Part shown: piece after piece, positions 53,727 through 64,000 of the stretch | Position numbering within the stretch: the first letter of the stretch is position 1 | Layout: each line of letters begins with the position of its first letter | Source: Octopus vulgaris | Taxonomy: Eukaryota | DNA: 64,000 nucleotides | Direction: 5' to 3' | NCBI GenBank assembly: GCA_951406725.2 | Contig: OX597835.1 | Location: forward strand, 40,796,001 to 40,860,000 | The notes under the pieces: model-generated | What the model was told of the DNA's origin: nothing | Seen by the model: only the letters and a program-made list of their open reading frames with translations | The model's database searches: none | Program-made: the position numbers and the translations under genes

Positions 53727-53765
53727 CTTCTCATAACGAGCTATTTGTTCCGGAGTTGAAGGCAT
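53727..53765 (-). CDS. HK: Hexokinase, first coding exon (MPSTPEQIARYEK)
   Basis: CAAAA-ATG start context, 13 codons, then AAG|gtaaat donor in phase 0. This matches the phase-0 acceptor at 7185 and gives MPSTPEQIARYEK-IESLVKGFKL. It lies in unique sequence with a TATA-like motif about 280 bp upstream. Confidence 0.75.
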
Positions 53766-54250
53766 TTTTGCTTGTTACTGATGTTTTTCGTAATATTCTT
53801 ATATATATATAAAGTGGTTCGATTGTTTTTTGTTTTCTTTTATCAACTGAAGTCCAAAAACCACAAGACTTGAAGGTTTGTGTCTAGCTGGGTCAGTAGT
53901 AAAGAAAAGAATAGGGAAAAGAAAAAAAGTGAGAATCAAACGAGGAGGACACAACGAACGAAACGACCAGGACAAGACGACAGTTCCTGCACACAAGCTA
54001 AAAGAACAGGGGTAAACAGACGGGTGGGTTTAGCGCTAATATATACCCTATTTTCAACGAGGACTGACAAATCGCTGAGCAGTTAGCACACGAATCAAGG
54101 CCGCAACCGCCGCTCTTTTCCTTCTCTCTCTTAGCTCTTGCTTTTCACCCCCCACTATTTTCTAGTAATATTTGGCTCCAGTTAGTATAAACTGATGAGA
54201 TACAAATTGTAGAACAGCTCCGGTTGGTCGCTCTGTTGCAAGTGTGGGTT
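53766..54250 (-). promoter_or_regulatory. Putative 5'UTR and core promoter of hexokinase
   Basis: Unique, CpG-retaining DNA upstream of the ATG; TATATATT on the minus strand at 54045-54038, CACCC motif, forkhead-type GTAAACA near 54012, GC-rich motif near 54100. Confidence 0.5.
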
Positions 54251-54613
54251 TTCGATTTATGAAGTTTCGTGTTTTGTTTGTTATTTATTCTGTTCGTTTT
54301 TAAAGAGGCGCAGTATTTGTTACGATGACGATGACGACGATGATGATAACGATGATGTTAGTCTATAGAGAGAGATACTGGCGATAGTAGTAGTAGTACT
54401 AGCAATGATAACGGTACTGTGAGAGATGTCTTTTACTCTTGCATATCTCCCTCTCTCTTTCTCCCTCCCTCCCTCTCTTTATCACTCTCTCGGTCACTGC
54501 CACACCTCGTTCACTCTCCTTGACCACTCTCTCATGCACTTCTATCACTTTCCCTCTGTCGCTCACTCACACATTCTCATTCGCAACATACTACGTTCTA
54601 TCTTTTACATTTC

Positions 54614-54663
<50 letters not shown>

Positions 54664-54689
54664 CTATTTCAATACATGCATACATACTA

Positions 54690-55070
54690 TTTTACTTGTT
54701 TCAGTCATTTGACTGAGGCCATGCTGGAGCACCGCCTTTAGTCGAGCAAATCGACCCCAGGACTTATTCTTTGTAAGCCTAGTACTTATTCTATCGGTCG
54801 CTTTTGCCGAACCGCTAAGTTACGGGGACGTACACACACCAGCGATGTTGGGGGGGACAAACACAGACACACAAACATATACACACACATACATATATAT
54901 ATATATATACATATATACGACAGGCTTCTTTCAGTTTCCGTATGCCAAATCCACTCACAAGGCTTTGGTCAGCCCGAGGCTATAGCAGGAGACACTTGCC
55001 CAAGGTGCCATGCAGTGGGACTGAACCCTGAACCATGTGGTTCGTAAGCAAGCTACTTACCACACAGCCA
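54690..55070 (-). mobile_element. SINE family A
   Basis: Family similarity. Confidence 0.85.
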
Positions 55071-55106
55071 ATCTATAAATTAATATATATAATATAGATA
55101 GATAGT

Positions 55107-55415
55107 TGGCTCTATGGTAAGAAGTTTGCTTCTCAATCATATGGTCCTGAGTTCAGTTCCACTGTGTGGCACTTTGCACAAGTGTCTTCGACTATAGTCT
55201 CAGGCTGGCCAAAGCTTTGTGAGTGGATTTGGTAGACAGAAACTGAAAGAAGCCTGTTGTATATATGTATATATATGTATGTATGTGTGTTTTGAGTCTG
55301 TGTTTTTCCCCCACCACTGCTTGACAACTAGTGTTGGAGTATTGGCATACCCGTAAATTAGCAGTTCAGTAAAAGGGACCGATAGAATAAGTACCAGGTT
55401 TTAAAAAGCAATAAT
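55107..55415 (+). mobile_element. Older SINE family A copy, interrupted by the family B trimer; tail resumes at 56043-56115
   Basis: Family similarity on both sides of the insertion. Confidence 0.75.
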
Positions 55416-55431
55416 AGGTGTTGGGGGTCAA

Positions 55432-56026
55432 GGCAGTGAGCTGGCAAGAAACGTTAGCACGCCGGGCGAAATGCGTAGCCATATTTCATCTGCCGTTACA
55501 CTCTGAGTTCAAATTCCACCGAGGTCGACTTTGCCTTTCATCCTTTCGGGGTCGATTAAATAAGTACCAGTTACGCACTGAGGTCGATATAATCAACTTA
55601 ATCCGTTTGTCTGTCCTTGTTTGTCCTCTCTGTGTTTGGCCCCTTGTGGGTAGTAAAGAAATAGGTATTTCGTCTGCCATTACGTTCTGAGTTCAAATTC
55701 TGTCGAGGTCGACTTTGCCTTTCATCCTTTCGGGGTTGATTAAATAAGTACCAGTTACGCACTGGGGTTGGTATAATCGACTTAATCCGTTTGTCTGTCC
55801 TTGTTTGTCCTCTCTGTGTTTGGCCCCTTGTGGGTAGTAAAGAAATAGGTATTTCGTCTGGCGTTACGTTCTGAGTTCAAATTCTGTCGAGGTCGACTTT
55901 GCCTTTCATCCTTTCGGGGTTGATTAAATAAGTACCAGTTACGCACTGGGGTCGATATAATTGACTTAATCCGTTTGTCCTTGTTTGTCCTCTCTGTGTT
56001 TGGCCCCTTGTGGGTAGTAAAGAAAC
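55432..56026 (+). mobile_element. SINE family B trimer (one head, three bodies) with 16-bp TSD
   Basis: AGGTGTTGGGGGTCAA at 55416-55431 and 56027-56042. Confidence 0.9.
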
Positions 56027-56112
56027 AGGTGTTGGGGGTCAATTCATCTGACTAAAATTCTTCAATGTAGTGCCCCAGCATGACCACAATCTAATAACTG
56101 AAACAAAGAAAA

Positions 56113-56116
<4 letters not shown>

Positions 56117-56157
<41 letters not shown>

Positions 56158-56175
56158 GTGATAGATAGATAGAGT

Positions 56176-56209
<34 letters not shown>

Positions 56210-56275
56210 GTGATAGATAGATGGATTGATAGATAGATAGATAGATGGATAGATAGACAGACAGACAGACTAGAT
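56117..56275. repeat. (GATA)n/(GACA)n microsatellite
   Basis: Seen directly. Confidence 0.95.
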
Positions 56276-56730
56276 AAGGAGACCTAGACCAATCATTTAC
56301 ATTTTTCCTGCTACTCTGCTTTCACTATCATATTTCAACCTTCACTATCATGATCATCATCATCATCATCTGTCTACCACAAAAGATTAGAATAAATGTC
56401 AACACAGCCAAGGGGAAGAAAGGTGGAATGAAGATGCAAAGGTAAGCTATTTTGCAGAAGAACTTGATAATATTAAATCGCTGAAAGATGAAACAACTTT
56501 CTGGATTGAACCGCTGGTCTATTGCTTTTTTATTGCTGGTCTATCACAGGCAAACAGGTGTTGTTTGTCAGACAATACTGACATTCTGCACCAGAATATT
56601 TTTGTGGTCATTCATCCTGCTAGGAATAGCAGCCAAATTTCCATTAAATCATAACCTGCCATTTTAAACCTTTGTAGTGTGTGATTAAATTTCATGGTCA
56701 TTCTCATAATATTAACTATCCACCAAAAAT

Positions 56731-57300
56731 TATTAGGTCATCTGGAAAGTTTGTGCTGATTTATAGTAGCTTACCTTTCGACTTATTTTAGAACATGGTT
56801 GAGTCCATAAAATAGGATTTGACTACACCTCCATTTAGAGCACAATTTAAGCTATCTTTTCGTGGAAGAAGGTTTATGTTCCTATAACTTGTGTTAATTC
56901 TGTAACCCTTTAAAATAGATGATAAGAAAGTTCATTTTCGGCACTTGATGCTTTGGGAACCAGACAAAAATTGCTGCAGCTCGGCTGGGATGTGTTACCC
57001 CACCCTCCATATTCACCAGATATTGCTCCTTCGGATTTCTACTTATTCAGGTCTCTGCAGAATAGTCTTAATGGTAAACATTTCAATTCCTTGGATGACG
57101 TAAAAAGATACCTTGATGAATTCTTTGCCATGAAACCACCTCAATTCTGGGAAGAGGGTATTTTCAAGTTAAAGGAAAGATGGAGATGCATTGTGCAACA
57201 AAATGGTTCATATTTGGTTGATTAAAAATGTAATGGCAAGTATTTATTGACCTTTTTCTTTCCTTTAAAAATCGGCACGAACTTTCCGGACAACCCAATA
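56731..57300 (+). mobile_element. Internally deleted mariner transposon
   Basis: TA TSD, imperfect ~30-bp TIRs (TTAGGTCATCTGGAAAG / TTGGGTTGTCCGGAAAG), transposase C-terminus HPPYSPDIAPSDFYLF at 56953-57225. Confidence 0.92.
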
Positions 57301-57839
57301 GAATTGATATTTTCTGCTTCTGCAATTCAATTTTTCAGTATTTCCTGTAGGAAATACAGTTTTCAAAATTCATTGCTAAAAGAATTTGATTCTTGCTCTG
57401 CAAAGAGATATTTGATGAAATATGTGGGGAAAAAAAAAAAACTAAGAAAATCTGAAAAATTGTCTTTTTTGTAAAAATTGTCCCTGGAGAGGTCTCCAAT
57501 TCTTGCAACATAAAAGGAGTTATGTGGGTAAATAACCACTTTCTGTATCTAATGTTAATGAAATTTTGAGCAGATATATCTACTTTCATGTTGAAAGAAT
57601 TAAAAAGAGAAAATACCGAGGATAATGTAAACAGTGGATAATGCTTGAATAAATCTGATTATAGATCTGGCAGATCAAGAGTCATCTGGGATTAAATTAC
57701 TGTGGCTTAACCACAGCATGTACCACCCAGGGCAGCTCTTCAGATTGACCCCTGCCCATATACAACAGCTCAAAAGTGCTGTCTTCATCAAAGCATCACC
57801 TGGAGCAGAGCACCCTTATCACTGCACTACTGCTTAAAC

Positions 57840-58795
57840 CTATGGTTCTCAACAGGGGTCCATATGACCTGTTGGGGTTCACATAAGATTTTGGAGGTCC
57901 ACGCAAGGAAAATAATAAGTTGGAAATCTGCAATAGCATTCTAAGGGTCCATGAAAAAATTTTGCTTTTGATATATTTATTGCAAGAAACGACTAGATTT
58001 TTTGTCTTACAAGTACATGGTTACCCTGTCAGTGCAGGTGCCACTTAAAAGCACCCAGTCCACACTGGGTGCTTTTAAAGTGGTTGGTGTTCAGAAGGGC
58101 ATCCAGCATTAAAATCCTTGCCAAAACCGACCTCTCTTGTGCTTGTGCCACGTAAGAAGCACTAAGTCCACTCTGCTGAATGGTTGGTGTTAGGAAGGGC
58201 ATCCAGCCATAAAAATCCTGCCAAAATAGTCACAGAAGTCCAGTGCAGGCTTCTGCCTGGTCAGCTCTTGTGAAACCGTCCCACCCATACTAGCATGGAA
58301 AGCAGACATTAAATGATGATGATGATGATGATGATGGTGATGGTGATGATGATGATGATGATGATGAAACATGTTCTCCCAGAGAGTCCTATTGCAAACC
58401 TAGACAAGTGAATGTGTGAAAGACAAAACTTTGAAAGTATTTATAAAACTAGTTTTTAAACATTGAAAGGCTGTGGTGGTCCAGTGGAGGTGCATGGTTA
58501 GGGTGTTGGACTCCTGATCATAAGATAGCAGTTTCAATTCCTTGACCGGGCAATGCGTTGTGTTCTTGAGCAAGACACTTCATTTCATGGTGCTCTCGTC
58601 CACTCAGCTGGCAAAAGTGTATAATCCTGTGATGGACCGGTGTCCTGTCCAGGTGGGGAATTTATATGCTACGAAACTGGGAAACTGGCCCTTGGGAATT
58701 GGCGTGACTTGAGACGCTTTCTTTTTTATGGTGGTCCACCAGAGTAAAATAGTAATCAACGGGATCCATAGGTAAAAAATGGTTAAGAACTCCTG
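57840..58795. mobile_element. hAT-like MITE remnant split by SINE insertions
   Basis: Ends TGGTTCTCAAC... and ...GGTTAAGAACTCCTG resemble hAT termini. Confidence 0.4.
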
Positions 58796-59030
58796 GGTTA
58801 AAGAATATTAATTAGCAAGGGAATTACTACACAGTCACTCAACCAATTAGAAATAACAACTAAATCTCCATCACATCATATACTGCCATTTTAAAAAAAG
58901 AAGAGCACATCAAACAATGTAGTTTTAAATGGAATGGCCACTGCTGGAATACCTTGGAATATGCCAACTACTTCCTTAAACAATTGGGTTGGGTATCCTG
59001 GTCAAGTGCAATTATCATTATTAATGTGTA

Positions 59031-59437
59031 GGAGTGGCTGTGTGGTAAGTAGCTTGCTTACCAGCCACATGGTTCCGAGTTCAGTCCCACTGTGTGGCAC
59101 CTCAGGCAAGTGTCTTCTACTATAGCCTCGGGCCAACCAAAATCTTGTGAGTGGATTTGGTAGACGGAAACTGAAAGAAGCTCGTCGTATATAAGTATAT
59201 TATATATCTATATATATGTGTGTGTATGTTTGTGTGTCTATGTTTGTCCCCCTAGCATTTCTTGACAACCAATGCTGGTGTGTTTACGTCCCCGTCACTT
59301 AGCGGTTTGGCAAAAGAGACCGATAGAATAAGTACTAGGCTTCCAAAGAATAAGTCCTGGCTCAATTTGTTTGACTAAAGGCGGTGCTCCAGCATGGCCA
59401 CAGTCAAATGACTGAAACAAGTAAAATAGCAAAAGAA
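59031..59437 (+). mobile_element. SINE family A, full length
   Basis: Family similarity. Confidence 0.85.
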
Positions 59438-59656
59438 TGCTTTCTCTGAGGCAGAATCATTAGCACACCGAACAACATGTTTAACATTTTGTATACCTTT
59501 ACATTCTGAGTTCAAATTCCACTGAGGTCAATGCTGTCTTTCATTCTTTCAGGGTCAATGAACTAAGTACCAGTCAAGTATTAGGGTCAATGTAATCAAC
59601 CAGCCTGCACCACCACTACCTCCCCACAAAATTTCAGGTCTTACACCTATAATAGT

Positions 59657-60210
59657 GGAGGCACGTGGCTTAGTGGTTAAGGTGTTGAACTCATGATCGT
59701 AAGGTTGTGGTTTCGATTCCTTGACTGGGCGATGCGTTGTGTTTTTGAGCAAAACTCTTCATTTCATGTTACTCCAGTCCACTCAGCTGGCAAAAGCGAG
59801 TTACCCTGCAATGGACTGGCATCCCATCCAGGTGGGGAATTTTTACACCACTGAAACCGGGAAACCAGCCCTTATGAGCCTGGCATGGCTCGAGAAGGAA
59901 CAATTAATAGTGGAAGCACATGGCCTAGTGGCTAGAGCAGCAGACTTGCAGTCAAGGGATCATGGGTTCGAATCTCAGACCGGGCGATGTGAGTGTATAT
60001 GAGCGAAACACCTAAGCTCCACATGGCTCCGGCAGAAGGTAATGGCAAACTTTTGCTGACTCTTTCGCCCCAACTTTCTCTCACTTTTTCCTCCTGCATC
60101 TAGCAGCTCACCTGCAACAGACCAACATCCTGTCCAGGTGGGGAACCTATACGCCAAGGAAACTGGGAAACTGGCCCTATGAGCCAGGCCTGGCTCGAGA
60201 AGGAACAAAC
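59657..60210 (+). mobile_element. Adjacent SINEs of family E (59657-59903) and family D (59911-60210)
   Basis: Two tRNA-like heads; both carry the 3' tail GAGCC.GGC.TGGCTCGAGAAGGAACAA. Confidence 0.75.
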
Positions 60211-61356
60211 ATACCTATAATAGGATTATCAATGCTATCTCTCAAAGGCAGAAGGCTGGCAGAATCATTTGGGCATTAAGCAAAATGCTTTGTAGCATTT
60301 CTTCTGGTGCTTTATATTTTGAGCTTAAATTCCACCTGTAATGACTTTGCATTTGGGGTTCATAACATAAGTAACAGGTGAGTACTGAAGTTGATGTAAT
60401 CAGCTAAACATCTCCCCTCAAAATTACTAGTTTTGCATCAAAATTTAAAAAAAGAATATTTTTGCTATCTCTATCACTAATACAGTTGAGGCTAACGTTG
60501 CCCTCTGTCCTTCTGATGAGGGTGGGGGACATGAAATAAAGTTTTAGTAAATTACTGGGTCTACATAATCATCTAGACCCTATTCTGTAGTTGTAACCTA
60601 GAGCCTTTATTAGGAATTATTATCCTACTAGTATCAGGCAGAATGTTTTACAGTATTCAGATACAGCCCTTTGGGGTCTGATTTCAACTTTGTCCTTTAT
60701 CCTTTTAGGATCGATAAATTAAAATACCTGTCAAGTACTGGGGTCAATTTCATTGCCCATATACTACTTCAGGTATTTCAAACCTTGTGCTAGAATTAGA
60801 AATAATGATAATAATTATTATTATCTCTATGTGGAATAATTAGCAGGTGGTGAACTGATAGAATTGTTGTGCATTGGAAAAAATATCTTAAAGAACTTTA
60901 CATTCATAGTTCAAATGCTGTCAAGCTCTGCTTTGCATTTTACCTTTCTGGAGTTCATAAAATGAAGTAACAACCCAACAAATGCTGGTTTCGAATTTTG
61001 CCACAAGGCCAGCAAGTGATTGACTGGTGCTTACTTTATTGATCCCTAAAGGATGAAAGGCAAAGTTGATCTCAGCAGAATTTGAAATCAGAATGTAAAA
61101 ATGGAAGAAATGCCACTAAGCATTTCACCCAGTGAACCAAATGATTCTGCCAACTCACTGACTATATATCTTGCATAGGATGTAAAGAAATGACTGAGGC
61201 TGGAATGGGATTTTTCCAAAAGATCTCTTGAATACATAGTGCATAGCTCAGAGATGAAGGGGTCTCTCCAGGGCGAGCTGTTACTTCTGCATACTGAGAG
61301 ATCACAGCTCTGGTACTACAGACATGTGATTAGAAAGTCACAGAAAGAAAACTGCA

Positions 61357-61738
61357 GCGGTGTCATATGAAATTGTCACCCATAATTATGACCCTAATAT
61401 CGATCTATTGCATTTCAATCTGTTTTAGGGTTAGGGTTAGGGGTGGGGGAAGGGTATATTTTTTTCTTCACAAATGTAAATAAGCCCAATCTGTTTCTTA
61501 AACGAGGGACATATTCATACGGCACAGAATGCTTTCACCTCAATAGACATCATTGATTGGTTCAAATTGCCGAAATGCAAGAAATTAAAGACGAAATATG
61601 TTACAAACTACAGAATTTTCTCAAGAAAGCCAAGAGAAAATGATGTTTTATAAACACATTCTACCAGTATACGAAGTTTAAAATTTTTTAGTTACCTAGA
61701 AATTATTTTAAAAACTGCCATTCAAACCGAAAAGATCC
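61357..61738 (+). mobile_element. GGATC-TIR MITE lacking its left TIR
   Basis: Matches 32186-32569. Confidence 0.85.
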
Positions 61739-61744
61739 ATTCTT

Positions 61745-61943
61745 TAAGCTGAGCCCACTGACAAGAGACCCAGGGGTAGACCAAGTATGAGATGGTTAGA
61801 AAATACCCATTGTCTCAGTCGGTCATCCAACCAGAAAGTGTAATGATGGATGCCTCTGATAGTATCCTACGGAGGAGGTGCCTGATAACTCTACCCCAAG
61901 AATCCTTCCAGGAATAGTGGGCAGAGAAAATGGATGGATGGAT
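61745..61943 (+). mobile_element. RTE (Rex3/Expander-like) LINE 3' end
   Basis: RPRGRPSMRWLEN motif and (GGAT)n tail. Confidence 0.6.
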
Positions 61944-62925
61944 TATTAAAGATATATTTATATATTTATAGAGGACATTAAACTGCTGTTTATGAAACTG
62001 CTGAAGGCATCTTGCTTTCTGATCTCAAATCCTGGCAGCATTCTGTATTATTATCAAATCTTGGCTTAAAAAAGTGATGGTCTTTGGTAGAATCTTTGGA
62101 GCATCAGATAAAATGCAAAGTGGTATTTATTCCAACTCTTTATGTTTTAAGTTTATATTATTGGCACCAAAGCAGAGTTTGAATTTGAGATATAAAGAAC
62201 CAAAAAACAGATATGGCAAGATGAGTAGTCTTGCCATATCTGTTAATTTTGCTTAATGCCCAAATGATTCTGCCAGCCTTCTTCCTTTGAGAGATAGCAT
62301 TAATAATCCTATTATAGGTATATGGCCTGAAATTTTGTGGGGAGGTGGGGGGGGCTGGTTGATTACATTCTTTCAGGGTTGATGGCATAATCTTTAACAA
62401 TTCTATATTAAGATCTTTTATCTTTTACTTGTTTTAGTCATTTGACTGCAACCATGCTGGAGCAATACCTTGAAGGGTTTTTAGTCAAACAAATCGACCC
62501 CCAAGGCTTATTTTTTTCAAAGTTTAGTGTTTAGTCTCTGCCTAGGCCTTGTGGCTCAACAGGAAGAGGACTGGAGAGGACACTCCAGTGGTATCGAAGA
62601 TTGACTGCCACTCGATGATTGGTCTGCACAGCCACACCAGGAAGTGCAGATAAACCCACCACCTTTTCTGAGCTATACCAACGCCTCTCGAGATGGATGG
62701 ATGCCACCGCTGCCGAGTGCTTAGTCTATCAGTCTCTTTTGCTGAACCGCTAGGTTATGGGGACATAAACACATGAGGAATTTTACATTATGTATTTGTC
62801 CAACTAATACAAACTATAAAACTTCTCATCTCAGAAATATAGAATTGTTTTATCCAATCAATGTGGAGCCAACATAAAACATCCATGAAGGTTTATAAAC
62901 CTTAAAAATTCATTCTGACGCTACA

Positions 62926-63110
62926 GGCACAGCGTAGTGGATAAAGGCTCTGGTTTACGCAGTGCAGTCACCTAGGGACTCTGAGTTCAATCCCAGGCAA
63001 AGCACTAAGGTGAATCACAACACACCTGAAGAAGGCTGGAGAGTACAACAGCCAAAATGTAGTGAAAAAGGCAACAATCAAGATGAGGACACCAATCCGA
63101 CTGGTACATA
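62926..63110 (+). ncRNA. tRNA-like Pol III head followed by a decayed minimal hammerhead ribozyme
   Basis: A-box-like AGCGTAGTGG, B box GAGTTCAATCC; CAC-CTGAAGA-A-GGCTG...CAGCC-aAAAt-GTA-GTG. Confidence 0.5.
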
Positions 63111-64000
63111 ATGCTTAAAACATTATGGCAATCCGCTATCCCAGACTGGTTCCTTATTTATCAACTCCTAAAAAGATTCAAGCAAGGTCGTTGGCAGTAC
63201 TGCCTGACTGGCCCCCAGTGCTGGTGGCACATAAAAAGCACCAACTACACTCTTGGAGTGGTTGGCTTTAGGAAGGGCATCCAGCTGTAGAAACTCTGCC
63301 AGATCAAGATTGGAACCTGGTGCAGCCGTCTGGTTCGCCAGCCCTCAGTCAAAATTGTCCAACCCATGCTAGCATGGAAAGCGGATGTTAAACAGATGAT
63401 AATGATGATGATGATAGAGTTGGATTTGGTAGAATTTGTAAGAGAGTTGGCATGACTGTTGTGGTTAAGAAGTTTGCTTCCCGGCCATATGGTTTCAGGT
63501 TCAGTCCCACTGCATGGCACCTTGAGAAAGCGTCTTCAGTGATAGTCCTGGTGTGTGTGTGTGTGTGTGTGTTTTACTCTCTCCTGGCTTTGATATCACA
63601 TGACAGTTGTCAGTGAGTGTCATTATCATACAAGCAGTGTTATTTATTTCCGATCTCCCATGAAAACATGTCTGGTCATGGAAAAAAAATATTACCTTAC
63701 CTAGAAACGAATAAGGGTTAGCAACAGGAAGTGCATCCAACTGTAGAAAATCCACCTCAACAAATTCTTCCAAGTATGGAAAAGTGGATATTAAAATGAT
63801 GATTAGGAATTGTGTATCTTGGACTACTTTATTCATTTTGTCCTTCCTTTGTTAAGACAGATACTCTTTTATTTGTTTCAGTCATTTCACTGCGGCCATG
63901 CTGGAGCACCACCTTTAGTCGAACAATTCAACCCCAGGACTTATTCTTGGTAAGCCAAGTACTTATTCTATCGATCTCTTTTGCCAGGAACCGCTAAGTT

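Overview
AT-rich, intron- and repeat-dominated eukaryotic DNA. The SINE families, microsatellite load and gene structure suggest a coleoid cephalopod, probably Octopus (inference). The one host gene I can support is the 5' half of a hexokinase on the minus strand: exon 1 CDS 53765-53727 (MPSTPEQIARYEK), a ~46.5 kb first intron, then exons at 7185-7023, 4284-4145 and 2682-2464. All junctions are GT-AG with matching phases, and the gene continues off the left edge. The rest is tRNA-derived SINEs, LINE fragments (RTE, CR1/L2, Tx1, R4/Dong, HERO-like), a Penelope-like GIY-YIG fragment, Helitron-like elements, MITEs, a deleted mariner and satellites. Nearly all ORF-track entries are microsatellite or SINE artefacts. 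Main leads: (1) a candidate in-frame alternative first exon (MLCSTFAT) at 18199-18176; (2) a SINE present as 'one head + n bodies' concatemers with the same junction at three loci, two of them TSD-flanked; (3) a Pol III/tRNA-like head fused to a decayed hammerhead ribozyme near 63 kb; (4) a perfect 110-bp palindrome and inverted repeats that could form intronic dsRNA.
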